A model generated the notes under the pieces. That model was not told the origin of the DNA and made no database searches. It saw only the letters and a program-made list of their open reading frames with translations. DNA of 64,000 nt from Bdellovibrionales bacterium (GTDB lineage Bacteria; Bdellovibrionota; Bdellovibrionia; Bdellovibrionales; UBA1609): the NCBI GenBank assembly GCA_965219095.1, contig OZ244719.1:459071-523070 (forward strand), in the 5' to 3' direction. Made by a program: the position numbers and the translations under genes. Of the stretch, positions 1-9,785 are shown piece by piece; the stretch's first letter is position 1; every line of letters begins with the position of its first letter.

Positions 1-373
1 CTGTACTTAATTTTTGAGAAGTTGAACCTGAACGAATATAAAAACCTGCAGAACATCTATGGGGCTTATTTTTACTTTCTTTTACAACTATAAGTAATAC
101 CTTTTCTTTTGCCATTTCTTTAATAGAGATAGAAACTTTAGGATCGCAGTTTCTTGCAATAGTCTCTATTTGACCTTTTAGACGATTGGTGATGTTGATT
201 CCCTTAACCTTTCCTTTGTCAGTTATGCCAATATAAATCTCACCTCCAGAAGAGTTAGCAAAGGCTACTATTGTCCTATCTAAACCAGATCTGACACTTT
301 CTTTGAGCTCGACTTTAGAGTTTTCACCTTTTTCTAGAATGGATTTGAGTTTAGGAGAGATTGAGTTTTTCAT
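1..373 (-). CDS. AlbA_2/Schlafen-like ATP-binding protein, N-terminal part (gene runs out of the window)
   Basis: Hand translation of the minus strand from ATG 373-371 gives MKNSISPKLKSILEKGENSKVELKESVRSGLDRTIVAFANSSGGEIYIGITDKGKVKGI... This carries the E-x-K...AFAN-x-x-GG-x-I-x-IG-x-x-D signature of AlbA_2 (divergent AAA-4) domains. ATGA start/stop overlap with the helicase gene. Confidence 0.6.
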   Translation of the reverse strand, partial: MKNSISPKLKSILEKGENSKVELKESVRSGLDRTIVAFANSSGGEIYIGITDKGKVKGINITNRLKGQIETIARNCDPKVSISIKEMAKEKVLLIVVKESKNKPHRCSAGFYIRSGSTSQKLST

Positions 374-3300
374 TTTTTCACTAACCCCATTGAGCAGACT
401 ATTCTTGGTTTCTCATCCATTCGCTTTTCTTCTTTTTTATTTAAGAGAGTTTCATTTTTATCTTTTTCAACTATGTAAGAAATAATCTCACTTTCAGAAA
501 CCTTTCTCCTAAACATCCTTTTAAGGGTGTTTTCGGAATCATTAGATAAAGAATATTTAAAAATATCATCCTGAAGTTGAAGTAGGATATCATCTTTATT
601 TTCTTTTTTTTCTAAAAGCTCAGACACTTTTCTTCTTGGATTTCTAGTCCCTCCAAGTCTTCCAATCATATCTATAGATTTTATAGATTCTTCTATACTC
701 TTTAAACCATTTCTAACAACTTCGTAATGGTTTTCTCGTTTTTCAAGTGGCTTTGTCTCTGGCTGGCACTTTGCTGTTTCTAAAATTTTAAATTGGTTTT
801 CTGTAAGAACTTCTCCTTTTTCATTAATCTGCATTAAGTAGTTTGTAATATGAGATTTAGCAAACAGTAAGACATCGCTAAGGCTTGAGTGCTCTTTTGT
901 AGAATGAATAACATCTGGCATATTCTTAATCTTCTCTTCTAAGGCAGGGTCTTTTTTTATTGCCTCTTCCCATACGCTAAGGGCTTGAGAAGGAAGATCA
1001 ATGTCACTAAAGACCTCTTTTTCTAAAACTTCCGACTTTTCATTATACAAATCTATTATAATCTTCCTGTCTCCTCCAAAAAAGCTCTCATCTGTACCTA
1101 TAACCTCTGCATTTTCTTTCAATCTTCTTTGTACACGAGCTTGTAAGTTAATAATCTTTTCTAGCTCTTGGTCTGGCATAAAAGAATAGCATAAAATCTT
1201 ATCGGATTTTTGCCCTATTCTATCCACTCTCCCAACTCTTTGAATAAGTTTAATAATTGCCCATGGAAGATCATAGTTAACCACTACATGGCAGTCTTGG
1301 AGATTCTGTCCCTCGCTTAGAATGTCTGTTGCTATTAAAATATCAATTTCTTCTTCGTTTTCATTTTTGATCCCATAGTCATTACTCTTAGGGCTAAATC
1401 TATGAATTGAGTCTTGTATATTGCTCATACCTCCGGTAACAAGATTTAATTTTTCTATTCCTCGGTTTTTAAGTTCATTTTCAAGATATTTTGCTGTGTC
1501 TTTATATTGAGTGAAGATAAGTGCTTTTTTTTCTTTACATTCATTTCTTAAAAGACTTTCAAGCTTTTTAAGCTTGAAATCTTTTTTAGGATTCCATTTC
1601 TGAGATTTCTTTAACAAATCAATAAGCTTTTCTGTATCTTGTCTGAGATTTTTTCTTAACTCTTCAGTAAAATAAGAAGATGAGATCCACCTGATGCTTT
1701 TACTTCCTTTCCTTTTATATTCATCGTAAGCTTTTTTCCCTTTTTTGTAAAAATTGTCAAATTCAGTAAAAAAGTATGTCCTTTCATTGTCTTCTTGAGA
1801 AAAGCCTGTAATATCACCTTCATTCTCATCAAAAGCATTTGTGATGATATCACTTCCTGAGTCTTTCACTATAAGATTATCTTTACTGTCAATGGCATAA
1901 ATAAAGATACAATTTCTTAAAATATGCCTTTGTATGGCTTGAAGAAAAGAATAGCCACTGCTTTCTAAGGTTTTAAATAGGTTTATACGACAAAACCCTC
2001 TTGGTTGGGATCGAGCTTGTTCTAAATCTTTAAATAATTTCTTTTCTTTATCTGTTAAATTCTTAAGATCAGGCCTTTTGTATTTTGAAAGAGCGTATCT
2101 TGGAAGTTCTAGATCATTGATCATATCTACAACTTCATCAGAAAAAAATCTCCTATACTGCTTATCAATGGAATATTTAACTGTCTTAGCTATCCTATTG
2201 GGGAAATAATTTTTTTTGCCCTTTATTTCAAGGTAATATCCAGTATCATCTTTATTTCCATAGTATTCTTTTATAAATGTCCTTGTCCTTCTAATAAGAA
2301 ATAAAGACATAAGTTGTTGCCAATCTTCAGAGTGAGAAGACTGCTCAAAAGCTTTCAATGAACTAGGGTTACCTTGAAATGAATCCTCTTTTTCTTTTAG
2401 AAACTTTTCTGGCCTTATTCCTATATTTTGATCAGAATCAAGAAAAAGTCCAAGCTGGCTTGATAGATCAGAATAGGTTTTATTATAAGGAGTTGCTGAC
2501 AGTAAAACACATTTACTATCATTATTTGCAATATAATCCTTTATTATCTTATATCTCTTACCTTGAGGATTTCTTAAATTATGACTCTCATCTATAATAA
2601 CTAGATGATGTCTTCTTAGCTCCTGTAGATCATACATAACTTTACTTATAGACATAATACGCCCTCTTAAACCATATTTATCTCTATAATCTTCCCACAT
2701 TCTTTCAAGATTCTTTGGGCATAGAATAAGGGTTTGCCAACCATTTTCTTCTTCTAAAATTTTAGCAATAGCTACCGCTTGAAGAGTTTTTCCAAGTCCC
2801 ACGACATCTCCAATAAGAACACCGCCTTTATTCATTACATGGTGAGTGGCTATACGAATAGCCGCTGACTGAAAAGGAAATAAAATATCTTTTAACTCTT
2901 TTGGAATAAAAAAATCACTCAAGCCTTTCCTTGCATCTTCTGAAAGATGATACGCCATTTTAATATAGATATGATAGGGCATATAAAGAGTTTCTCCGGC
3001 CCAACTCTCTTCAATAATTTTTTCTATTTCTTCTGATATATCTAAAGAAAACTGATCTTGCCATTTATCTTCAAACCACTTGCAAAGATAGTCACAAGAA
3101 CTCTGATCAAGAACATCTATATTGAGTTCTCCTTGTTTTTCTAATCCTGAAAGAGTTAAATTACTGCTTCCAAGAAAACCTATTTTCTCTGCAAATTCTT
3201 TGTGATTAAAAGTGAGGTATAATTTTGCATGAAGTGGATGGCGAGTGAAGCACTTTACAATAACTTTCTTCTCTCTAATTTGCTTAGCCAAAAGTCTTAA

Positions 3301-3645
3301 ACCATTTTCATCTTCATTAGAAGGCACTCCCAACATTAACTGCTTTTTAAAATTTTCTACTGCTTGATTCTTTAGTTTTCGAGCTAATTTATTATCTGGC
3401 TCTCTTAATTTAGATTCATCTTCTAAAAGCTCTTTTTTTAGCTGATAATTCGCACTATACATTCCAAGCAAAAGACGGCATTGGTTTTCTTCACCCCCCT
3501 TATACTCATTAATTGCTCTAGCAATTTTTTTCCAGCCTCTAAGGTTAAAGTAGCCTACAGAAATATCTGATCGGTAAGAGCGATTAAGAGCATTCTCTAG
3601 GCCAGATAAAAAAGAAACTTCTTTGTTGTCATAAATTTTTGACAT
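370..3645 (-). CDS. PLD-family nuclease domain fused to SNF2/SF2 helicase
   Basis: N-terminal HKD-type motif HPLHAKLYL...GSSNLTLSGL. Helicase motifs GDVVGLGKT (I), DESHNLRN (II), LLSATP (III), QRVGRVDRIGQ (VI). 1091-aa ORF. Confidence 0.85.
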   Translation of the reverse strand: MSKIYDNKEVSFLSGLENALNRSYRSDISVGYFNLRGWKKIARAINEYKGGEENQCRLLLGMYSANYQLKKELLEDESKLREPDNKLARKLKNQAVENFKKQLMLGVPSNEDENGLRLLAKQIREKKVIVKCFTRHPLHAKLYLTFNHKEFAEKIGFLGSSNLTLSGLEKQGELNIDVLDQSSCDYLCKWFEDKWQDQFSLDISEEIEKIIEESWAGETLYMPYHIYIKMAYHLSEDARKGLSDFFIPKELKDILFPFQSAAIRIATHHVMNKGGVLIGDVVGLGKTLQAVAIAKILEEENGWQTLILCPKNLERMWEDYRDKYGLRGRIMSISKVMYDLQELRRHHLVIIDESHNLRNPQGKRYKIIKDYIANNDSKCVLLSATPYNKTYSDLSSQLGLFLDSDQNIGIRPEKFLKEKEDSFQGNPSSLKAFEQSSHSEDWQQLMSLFLIRRTRTFIKEYYGNKDDTGYYLEIKGKKNYFPNRIAKTVKYSIDKQYRRFFSDEVVDMINDLELPRYALSKYKRPDLKNLTDKEKKLFKDLEQARSQPRGFCRINLFKTLESSGYSFLQAIQRHILRNCIFIYAIDSKDNLIVKDSGSDIITNAFDENEGDITGFSQEDNERTYFFTEFDNFYKKGKKAYDEYKRKGSKSIRWISSSYFTEELRKNLRQDTEKLIDLLKKSQKWNPKKDFKLKKLESLLRNECKEKKALIFTQYKDTAKYLENELKNRGIEKLNLVTGGMSNIQDSIHRFSPKSNDYGIKNENEEEIDILIATDILSEGQNLQDCHVVVNYDLPWAIIKLIQRVGRVDRIGQKSDKILCYSFMPDQELEKIINLQARVQRRLKENAEVIGTDESFFGGDRKIIIDLYNEKSEVLEKEVFSDIDLPSQALSVWEEAIKKDPALEEKIKNMPDVIHSTKEHSSLSDVLLFAKSHITNYLMQINEKGEVLTENQFKILETAKCQPETKPLEKRENHYEVVRNGLKSIEESIKSIDMIGRLGGTRNPRRKVSELLEKKENKDDILLQLQDDIFKYSLSNDSENTLKRMFRRKVSESEIISYIVEKDKNETLLNKKEEKRMDEKPRIVCSMGLVKK

Positions 3646-3647
3646 TT

Positions 3648-6600
3648 TTAAGAGGCCTTTTTAATGAACTTATCTTTTTGATAAGCATTAAGGGCAGATT
3701 CCTTTAATTTTTCTAATCTTTCTCTATTTTTTCCTGTCTTAAAGGTACTTAAAATGTATTCAAATTCTTTAAGGCTAAATCCATAAGTGTAGGTGACCAT
3801 AGCATCAATTTCTCCCTGGAGTTTTAAACGCTCGTTTTTATCTTTTACCCCGCCTCTTTTTACTCTTATCTCATCTGCTAGATCATCAAACTTTTTTCCT
3901 ATGCAGGTTAAAAGAGCTGATCGTTTTACAATTTCTTTAAAGTAAGGGTCCTTTTCAGTAAGTCTGGGAATTCTTAAAGGGGTAATGTACTTCTTGTTTA
4001 TATTAGAAGAGACTTTTTGCCTAATAAAGTAGTCCACAATAAAGCTATTGAAAAAAGCTTGTAGAAAAAGCATATAGTGATTGTTTTTCTTGGGATTTTC
4101 TGAATTTATATACACTCCATAAAGACTATTTGAGATAAAGTGATTTTTTGGAATCACCGCTGAAATAAGACTTCTTTCATTGGTATTGCTTGCTATCGTT
4201 CGAATGACAAGACGATGGTTTTCATAGCATTTGTTTTTGAAAGCAAAGCCTGTTCTATTTTGCACTTTATGATCGTTTCTATCAATATAGCGATTGGCTT
4301 TTGAAAGATCAAAATTATATTGAAATTGATGAATAACACTTCCTTTGTAAAGAGGAAGGTAACTTGAGAATAATTTTTTATCTTTGAATAAATCAGCATC
4401 ATTTTTTTCATCAAATTCTCTGTAAAGCTCTACATTCCAAGAGTTTTTTAAATTTTCTCCTAGCATTGGAAAGCTAAGTATTTTTTTTAAAAGGTTTCTA
4501 TCCCTTAAGTTTTTGAATTCAATGATTTGACAATCACGAGGAGAAAGTTCTTTTATTTCCTTTATAGACTGCTTCATTGAATTCTCATTGGGGAATGAAT
4601 TTAAAATTCTAAGACTTCTTGTATGAAAATGGCAAGGAAACTTATCTTGAGGCTTTTCATTTTTTAAATTCAAAATAAGAAATTTAAACCTTGAATCAAC
4701 TCCCTCAAATATTTTTCCCTTTCTGCCTTCCATTTTATTTTGAAAATCAATGAGACTTTCTATTTTAAGATTATCAAAAATAAAACATCTTAAAGCTATG
4801 GCTCCGTCATCTTTTGAAAGACCGCTAGGAAGCACGGCTCCGATAACCCCATTTTTATTTAAAAGATTAAAGCACCTTTCTGTAAATAAAAGATAGGTGT
4901 TCATATCTGAACTTGCATTCTTTTCTGTACCGTCTGATTCGATAATTTTTCCCGTCTGCTTTTCATAAAATGAAGAAAAATAATTTCTTTGAAATTGGTA
5001 GAATTCTTCTGTTTTTAAGTAATCAGTTGCTATTTTGCCTTTGTTTAACAGTTCCTCTCTTTTTTCCTCAAACTCTTTCTTATCATTTTTTTTCTTTTTT
5101 ATAGATTTATCATACCTAGAAAAAAACTCTCTATCTTCAGTTTTAACCTTATCCCAAGGAGGGTTTGTTACAATAACATCAAAACCTCCTCTATCTATAA
5201 TATCATTAAAAGCAATGTCCCAATGAAAGGGATTTAAATTTTTAGAATCATCTTCACTTTCAAAATCTTTTGGAAATACACTTCGTTTCTTTATTGTTTT
5301 CTTTTTGCCTTTAATTTCTGTGATTTCAGGATATCTCAAGCCCTTTTCATTGCATTTATTAGCAAGAGTACGGCTTAGGTTAGAATTATTTTCTTCTAAA
5401 AATTTATGTATTTTTTCTTTTAGTTCTTTCAATTTATCAAAAGACAAGGGTTTCTTTTTATAGTTATTAACTAGCTTATTGTATTCATCTTTAATTTGAG
5501 GGTAAGATTTGTCTAAAAGAGATAGTTGCCCTTTATTAGGTTCTTTTAAAAAGCCTATGAGAGAGTTTCCATGCATAATATTAAAGTCCATATTAGGAAG
5601 AGGTTCTAACTCTTCCATGGTTAAAGCTGAGCTTACAAGGGATAAGAAAAGCCTCAGTTTACAAACTTCTGTGGCTTCTTTCATAATGTCAACACCGTAT
5701 AGGTTTTTAAGTATAATGTTCTTTTTTATACCGTAAGGTATGCTTTTATGGTCATTTCTAAAATTTTCATACCAATTTTTTAAATCTCTGTTATTTGATG
5801 TTTCTATTTTTCCAATAACAGGTGAGTATATGTTAAGTAGCTCTTTCATAGCAGAAACTAGAAAGGCTCCAGAACCTACAGCTGGATCTAAAATTGTTAG
5901 CGTATTTAAAATGCTATCTTCGTTTGTAAGTAAAACCTTACAAAGATTTGTGTCGAGATTTAGATTCATATCACTGATAGTCTTAAATGAGTGACCTTTT
6001 TTGCTTAGCTTATCTAGAATGCATTTTTCAATGGTATTTCTACTAAGATATGAAGTAATCTCATCTTTAGTGTAGTAGGCACCCATACTTTTTTGCTGAA
6101 TTTCAGTAATGTATTTTTCAAAAATATAGCCTAAAACATCTGGACTGATTTCTTTTCCCTCACCCTTACTATCTTCAATATGCCACTCGTATTTAGAAAA
6201 TATATCAAATGTTTTTTCAAAAGCTTTGTCTTTTATTTTTATATCAGGATACTTATTTTCTATAAGATGTGGGGTAAAAAGTCCACCGTTTAGGTACTTG
6301 ATTTCACCGAGCATTTTTTTTGCTTCTTTACTTCTTTCTTTTAGTTTTTTTGCAAACCCCTCAAAAAATAAAAGCTTTAGAAAATTGGAATAGTAGATAT
6401 CTTTTTTTGTTTTTTTTAGTTCCTCTAGCTTATCGTTCAAGTAGTTATAGTTATTATCTACAAACCCTTTTTTTTGTAAAAACCAAATAAACATTAGCCT
6501 ATTAAGGACAACGGAAGAGTACCAGTTTTTATCTTCTTTCTTATCAATTCCAGAGATATATTTTTGGAAATCGAAATGGTTGTTCTTGAAGTCTTCATAA

Positions 6601-7088
6601 AACTTCTTAGTAACTTTTTCTGTATCAAAAGCTTTTTCTAGCTTTTCTCCTATTTCAGATATTTTTGGCTCATCTTCAATGTTAAAATGTATATTTGCAA
6701 TTTTACTTATAAAGAAATCCCCGTTTTGATTTTTATAGAAGTCATGAACTCTAACTTTATTATTTTTTGAAAGATAAGACCATGAGCAATAGGTTTTATT
6801 ATCAGAAAAGATGAGAATATGTTTGTTATGAATTTTCTTTATTTCTTTATGAACTTTTTCCCTATTTAAATCAAAATTTTTAAGATTTTCTTCTCTAAAT
6901 TGTAATACTTTTGCTCCGCCAATCTCTGCTAGGGGAGAGTATTCTATTTTTTTAGAACTATCTATACGGATTGACCGATTCTTTTTATCTTCTGAGCAAT
7001 TCCAACCCAGACCCTCCGTGAACAATTCTCGTAGCTTAAAATCTCCAAGACATTCTCGTAGCTTCTTAGCATTGATAGGCGATGACAT
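3648..7088 (-). CDS. Large gamma-class N6-adenine DNA methyltransferase (Eco57I/type IIG-like architecture)
   Basis: Motif I LDPAVGSGAFL and motif IV VIVTNPPWDK. GAYYTKDEI and LNRLMFIWFLQKKGF resemble large type IIG/BREX-like MTases. Only 2 nt separate it from the helicase start. Confidence 0.8.
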   Translation of the reverse strand: MSSPINAKKLRECLGDFKLRELFTEGLGWNCSEDKKNRSIRIDSSKKIEYSPLAEIGGAKVLQFREENLKNFDLNREKVHKEIKKIHNKHILIFSDNKTYCSWSYLSKNNKVRVHDFYKNQNGDFFISKIANIHFNIEDEPKISEIGEKLEKAFDTEKVTKKFYEDFKNNHFDFQKYISGIDKKEDKNWYSSVVLNRLMFIWFLQKKGFVDNNYNYLNDKLEELKKTKKDIYYSNFLKLLFFEGFAKKLKERSKEAKKMLGEIKYLNGGLFTPHLIENKYPDIKIKDKAFEKTFDIFSKYEWHIEDSKGEGKEISPDVLGYIFEKYITEIQQKSMGAYYTKDEITSYLSRNTIEKCILDKLSKKGHSFKTISDMNLNLDTNLCKVLLTNEDSILNTLTILDPAVGSGAFLVSAMKELLNIYSPVIGKIETSNNRDLKNWYENFRNDHKSIPYGIKKNIILKNLYGVDIMKEATEVCKLRLFLSLVSSALTMEELEPLPNMDFNIMHGNSLIGFLKEPNKGQLSLLDKSYPQIKDEYNKLVNNYKKKPLSFDKLKELKEKIHKFLEENNSNLSRTLANKCNEKGLRYPEITEIKGKKKTIKKRSVFPKDFESEDDSKNLNPFHWDIAFNDIIDRGGFDVIVTNPPWDKVKTEDREFFSRYDKSIKKKKNDKKEFEEKREELLNKGKIATDYLKTEEFYQFQRNYFSSFYEKQTGKIIESDGTEKNASSDMNTYLLFTERCFNLLNKNGVIGAVLPSGLSKDDGAIALRCFIFDNLKIESLIDFQNKMEGRKGKIFEGVDSRFKFLILNLKNEKPQDKFPCHFHTRSLRILNSFPNENSMKQSIKEIKELSPRDCQIIEFKNLRDRNLLKKILSFPMLGENLKNSWNVELYREFDEKNDADLFKDKKLFSSYLPLYKGSVIHQFQYNFDLSKANRYIDRNDHKVQNRTGFAFKNKCYENHRLVIRTIASNTNERSLISAVIPKNHFISNSLYGVYINSENPKKNNHYMLFLQAFFNSFIVDYFIRQKVSSNINKKYITPLRIPRLTEKDPYFKEIVKRSALLTCIGKKFDDLADEIRVKRGGVKDKNERLKLQGEIDAMVTYTYGFSLKEFEYILSTFKTGKNRERLEKLKESALNAYQKDKFIKKAS

Positions 7089-7598
7089 AAAATTTCTCCT
7101 TTTTAATCTAAGTTTCTTAAAAAACTCGTGTTTTATGCAGTTGTATCGGTTGATTTATTTGACTAGCTTTAGGGAATTAAAGGGTTTCTGGACAAAAGTT
7201 TCTAATTTTGACTGAAAATGTCAACTTTGCTAAGACTTAAAATTAATGCTTTTGTCTTGATTCTGGTGGGTTTTGTTGAAATTGCTCTAACTGTAACTCG
7301 GTTTTTAAACCACCCCTAACTTATACTGACTACATTTCTTTCAAAAAACCCTTTAAAATCTAAGAAAAATCCCACTCGTAGGAGTCAAGGGCGGTCAGAT
7401 AACCGACTTATTACAGAATTTGGAAGAGATAGATGAGGTCTCCATCTCAGAGGGAAGAAGCTTGTTTCGCAGAGAGTAAAAAAAGCAAAATGGAAAAAAA
7501 GTTTTTTTCATATTTACTTCCAATTTCTATAAAAAGCCTTGAAAGGCTGGCTAGTAAATGGTAAAGGTGTAGTTGGTTTAACTTAAGGCGGGCACAGA

Positions 7599-8621
7599 GT
7601 GGCAAGAAGTCATCGAATTAATCTGATTAAAAAAATTCAGAAAAAAAGGAACTCAAAAGTGTTTTGTTACCTTACTTCTGATCGTCCAAATGCAAGTTCT
7701 GTTTTTGCCAAAGACACTTTCCCTATTTTTAGTGAACACTTAAAGGAAAATGAATATGATAGCATTGATGTGTTTCTCTTTACACTTGGTGGTGACACTT
7801 TGGCAGCTTTTGGCTTAAACAAATTATTGAGAGAATATACTACAAATTTAAACGTCCTTGTTCCTGATAAGTGCCACAGTGCTGGAACTTTATTTGCTTT
7901 AGGCTGTAATCAAGTATTGATGACAAAAACCTCTTCTCTTGGCCCAATTGATCCAAGCATTCATAGACCTCTAAATCCAGCGGTAAGAATCAATAATCAA
8001 GTTCAACAGCTTCCTTTAAGTGTTGAAAGCGTTGCTGGCTTTAAAGGATTGGTAAAAGATGAATGGGGCATAAAAAAACAGACGGAATTATCCGCACTTT
8101 TAAAACTTCTTTCAGAAAAAGTCCATCCCCTTGCTTTAGGTGATGTTTATAGAGCTAGACAACAAATAGAGCTTCTTGCAATAAATTTATTAAAACTGCA
8201 CAGACAAGACTCTAATAAAATTCACGATATTGTTCAAAAATTAACCAAAGAACTGGGTTCACATGATTACCTTATTTTTCGCAAAGAAGCAACAGAGCTT
8301 TTAGGACATCAAGTCGTAGATGATCTGGATTTGGAACGTCTAATAAGAGAACTCCACAAGGATTTTGCTAAAGATCTAGAACTGGGAAAACCATTTAGGC
8401 CAAATCTTATACTTTCTTCTTCCGGAGACTCTGGCAATAAAAGTACTCGAACAGCCACAGTTGAATTAAAACGAGTCGCTATAGAAAGTGAAGAACGAGG
8501 AGATCACTTTATTGAAAGAAAAACTCTTACTGAAGTCAAACTTCAACCACGACCTAACACTGTCCCTATAATGGGTGTACAGCAGGAAGATCAATTTAGC
8601 GGATGGGAAACTTATGATTGA
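7599..8621 (+). CDS. Clp-fold (SDH-family-like) serine proteinase
   Basis: GTG start. VFLFTLGGDTLAAF...CHSAGTLFALGCNQVLM resembles the ClpP/SppA-like SDH proteinase fold. Confidence 0.55.
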   Translation: MARSHRINLIKKIQKKRNSKVFCYLTSDRPNASSVFAKDTFPIFSEHLKENEYDSIDVFLFTLGGDTLAAFGLNKLLREYTTNLNVLVPDKCHSAGTLFALGCNQVLMTKTSSLGPIDPSIHRPLNPAVRINNQVQQLPLSVESVAGFKGLVKDEWGIKKQTELSALLKLLSEKVHPLALGDVYRARQQIELLAINLLKLHRQDSNKIHDIVQKLTKELGSHDYLIFRKEATELLGHQVVDDLDLERLIRELHKDFAKDLELGKPFRPNLILSSSGDSGNKSTRTATVELKRVAIESEERGDHFIERKTLTEVKLQPRPNTVPIMGVQQEDQFSGWETYD

Positions 8622-8684
8622 CACAGCATTGTATTCATGCTACTCTTAAATAGGTTATAGTGGAGTAATGGAGGTATAAGAGTT

Positions 8685-8882
8685 ATGAATGATGTAAAAA
8701 TAAGTTACCGCTTCAATGAGTCCCATAGCGGGGAAAATTTTTGGATACCTTCGGATAGTTCAAAAAAAATAAGTATATTTAATGAATTAGAGATTATCAG
8801 TTATTTAGAAAATGTTGAAATAGATACTCAAATTTCCCTTGAAGAAAACACAGAAAGCTTTCCAGAATTATCTAAAGGGTAG
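8685..8882 (+). CDS. Small acidic hypothetical protein
   Basis: 65-aa ORF 60 nt after the protease gene, preceded by GGAGG-like aatggaggt. No recognisable motif. Confidence 0.3.
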   Translation: MNDVKISYRFNESHSGENFWIPSDSSKKISIFNELEIISYLENVEIDTQISLEENTESFPELSKG

Positions 8883-9209
8883 AGCCGAATTCACTCTTTG
8901 GTAAGTTATCCATAGCTCTTTTCATAAAGAGATGGAGTCCAAAGACTTTGGTGTTGACACTATAGGATAAACATGTCCTTAGGAGTTCGTTAGTTAATAA
9001 ATGCTTGCGAACTAACGTATTCTTTTGAACTCTTTTCATCAAATTATTTTTATTTCCTCAATTTCATGTGTGATCTATAGGTGATCAATAATTAAAATGT
9101 GGGTACTATCGAGAAGTTTCAGGAAAATCAAGGTGCTTACAGTAATGGATAAGTTATTTATATTTATTTATTTTTTACTGATTCCAACAACATAGCAGAT
9201 CTCTTTTAG

Positions 9210-9635
9210 CCGATTATAGGAATTCTTGCAGCAGTTGCCATTCCTGCATTCGATGGGTTTAGAAAAAAAGCACGAAGCGGTGAAGCTAAAACTAACTTAG
9301 GCGCTCTTTATACAGCAGAAAAAGCTTTTAGTTATGAGCACTCAGGCTACTGTGCTAGTCTTGGAACAATAGGTTTTGAAGAACCCCAAGGAACACGCCA
9401 CTACGCTATTGGCTTTCATTCTACAGGTAACAAAGCTAACTCAGCAGTTACAAATTGTACTGTTACAGGAGAAAATTATGACTCTAATGGTGGAGGTACC
9501 CCTATTACTGCTATAACGGGTACATCATGTAAAGTAGACCCTGTAGACAAATTTATAGCTTGTGCTGAAGGAGAAATGGCTTCAACAAATTCCAACTGGA
9601 AAATTGATGATGAGAAAGTAATAGGTCAGCTATAA
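9210..9635 (+). pseudogene. Pilin cassette A: 5'-truncated PilA-type type IV pilin, no start codon
   Basis: Open frame begins right after in-frame TAG 9207-9209 and encodes PIIGILAAVAIPAFDGFRKKARSGEAKTNLGALYTAEKAF... up to TAA 9633-9635. It lacks the leader, the G|FTLIE site and an ATG. Confidence 0.8.
9216..9310 (+). repeat. Conserved pilin 5' core (candidate recombination site), copy A
   Basis: ATAGGAATTCTTGCAGCAGTTGCCATTCCTGCATTCGATGGGTTTAGAAAAAAAGCACGAAGCGGTGAAGCTAAAACTAACTTAGG. Similarity to the other five copies starts exactly at ATAGG. Confidence 0.85.
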
Positions 9636-9656
9636 AATACTTAAACTCCACTTTAA

Positions 9657-9690
9657 AACCCCTCTCTTAAAGAGGGGTTTTTCTTTTTTC
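9657..9690 (+). terminator. Rho-independent terminator after cassette A
   Basis: Stem CCCCTCT / AGAGGGG with loop CTTAA, followed by a T-run. Confidence 0.65.
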
Positions 9691-9785
9691 CTCACAAAAT
9701 CCAAGCTAAAAAAACCCACTCATTTTGCTTTTTGAAGTGATTTTAGGAGTGATTTTTAACTCCTATTTTTCCAGCTTGCTAGTAT

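Noticed and set aside
303-485. 60-aa plus-strand ORF, and similar short ORFs inside the helicase/MTase genes (1001-1189, 1656-1853, 2379-2597, 4193-4414, 5035-5994, 7018-7215)
   Set aside because: They are embedded in or antisense to long ORFs with strong motif support. The AT-rich sequence generates them by chance.
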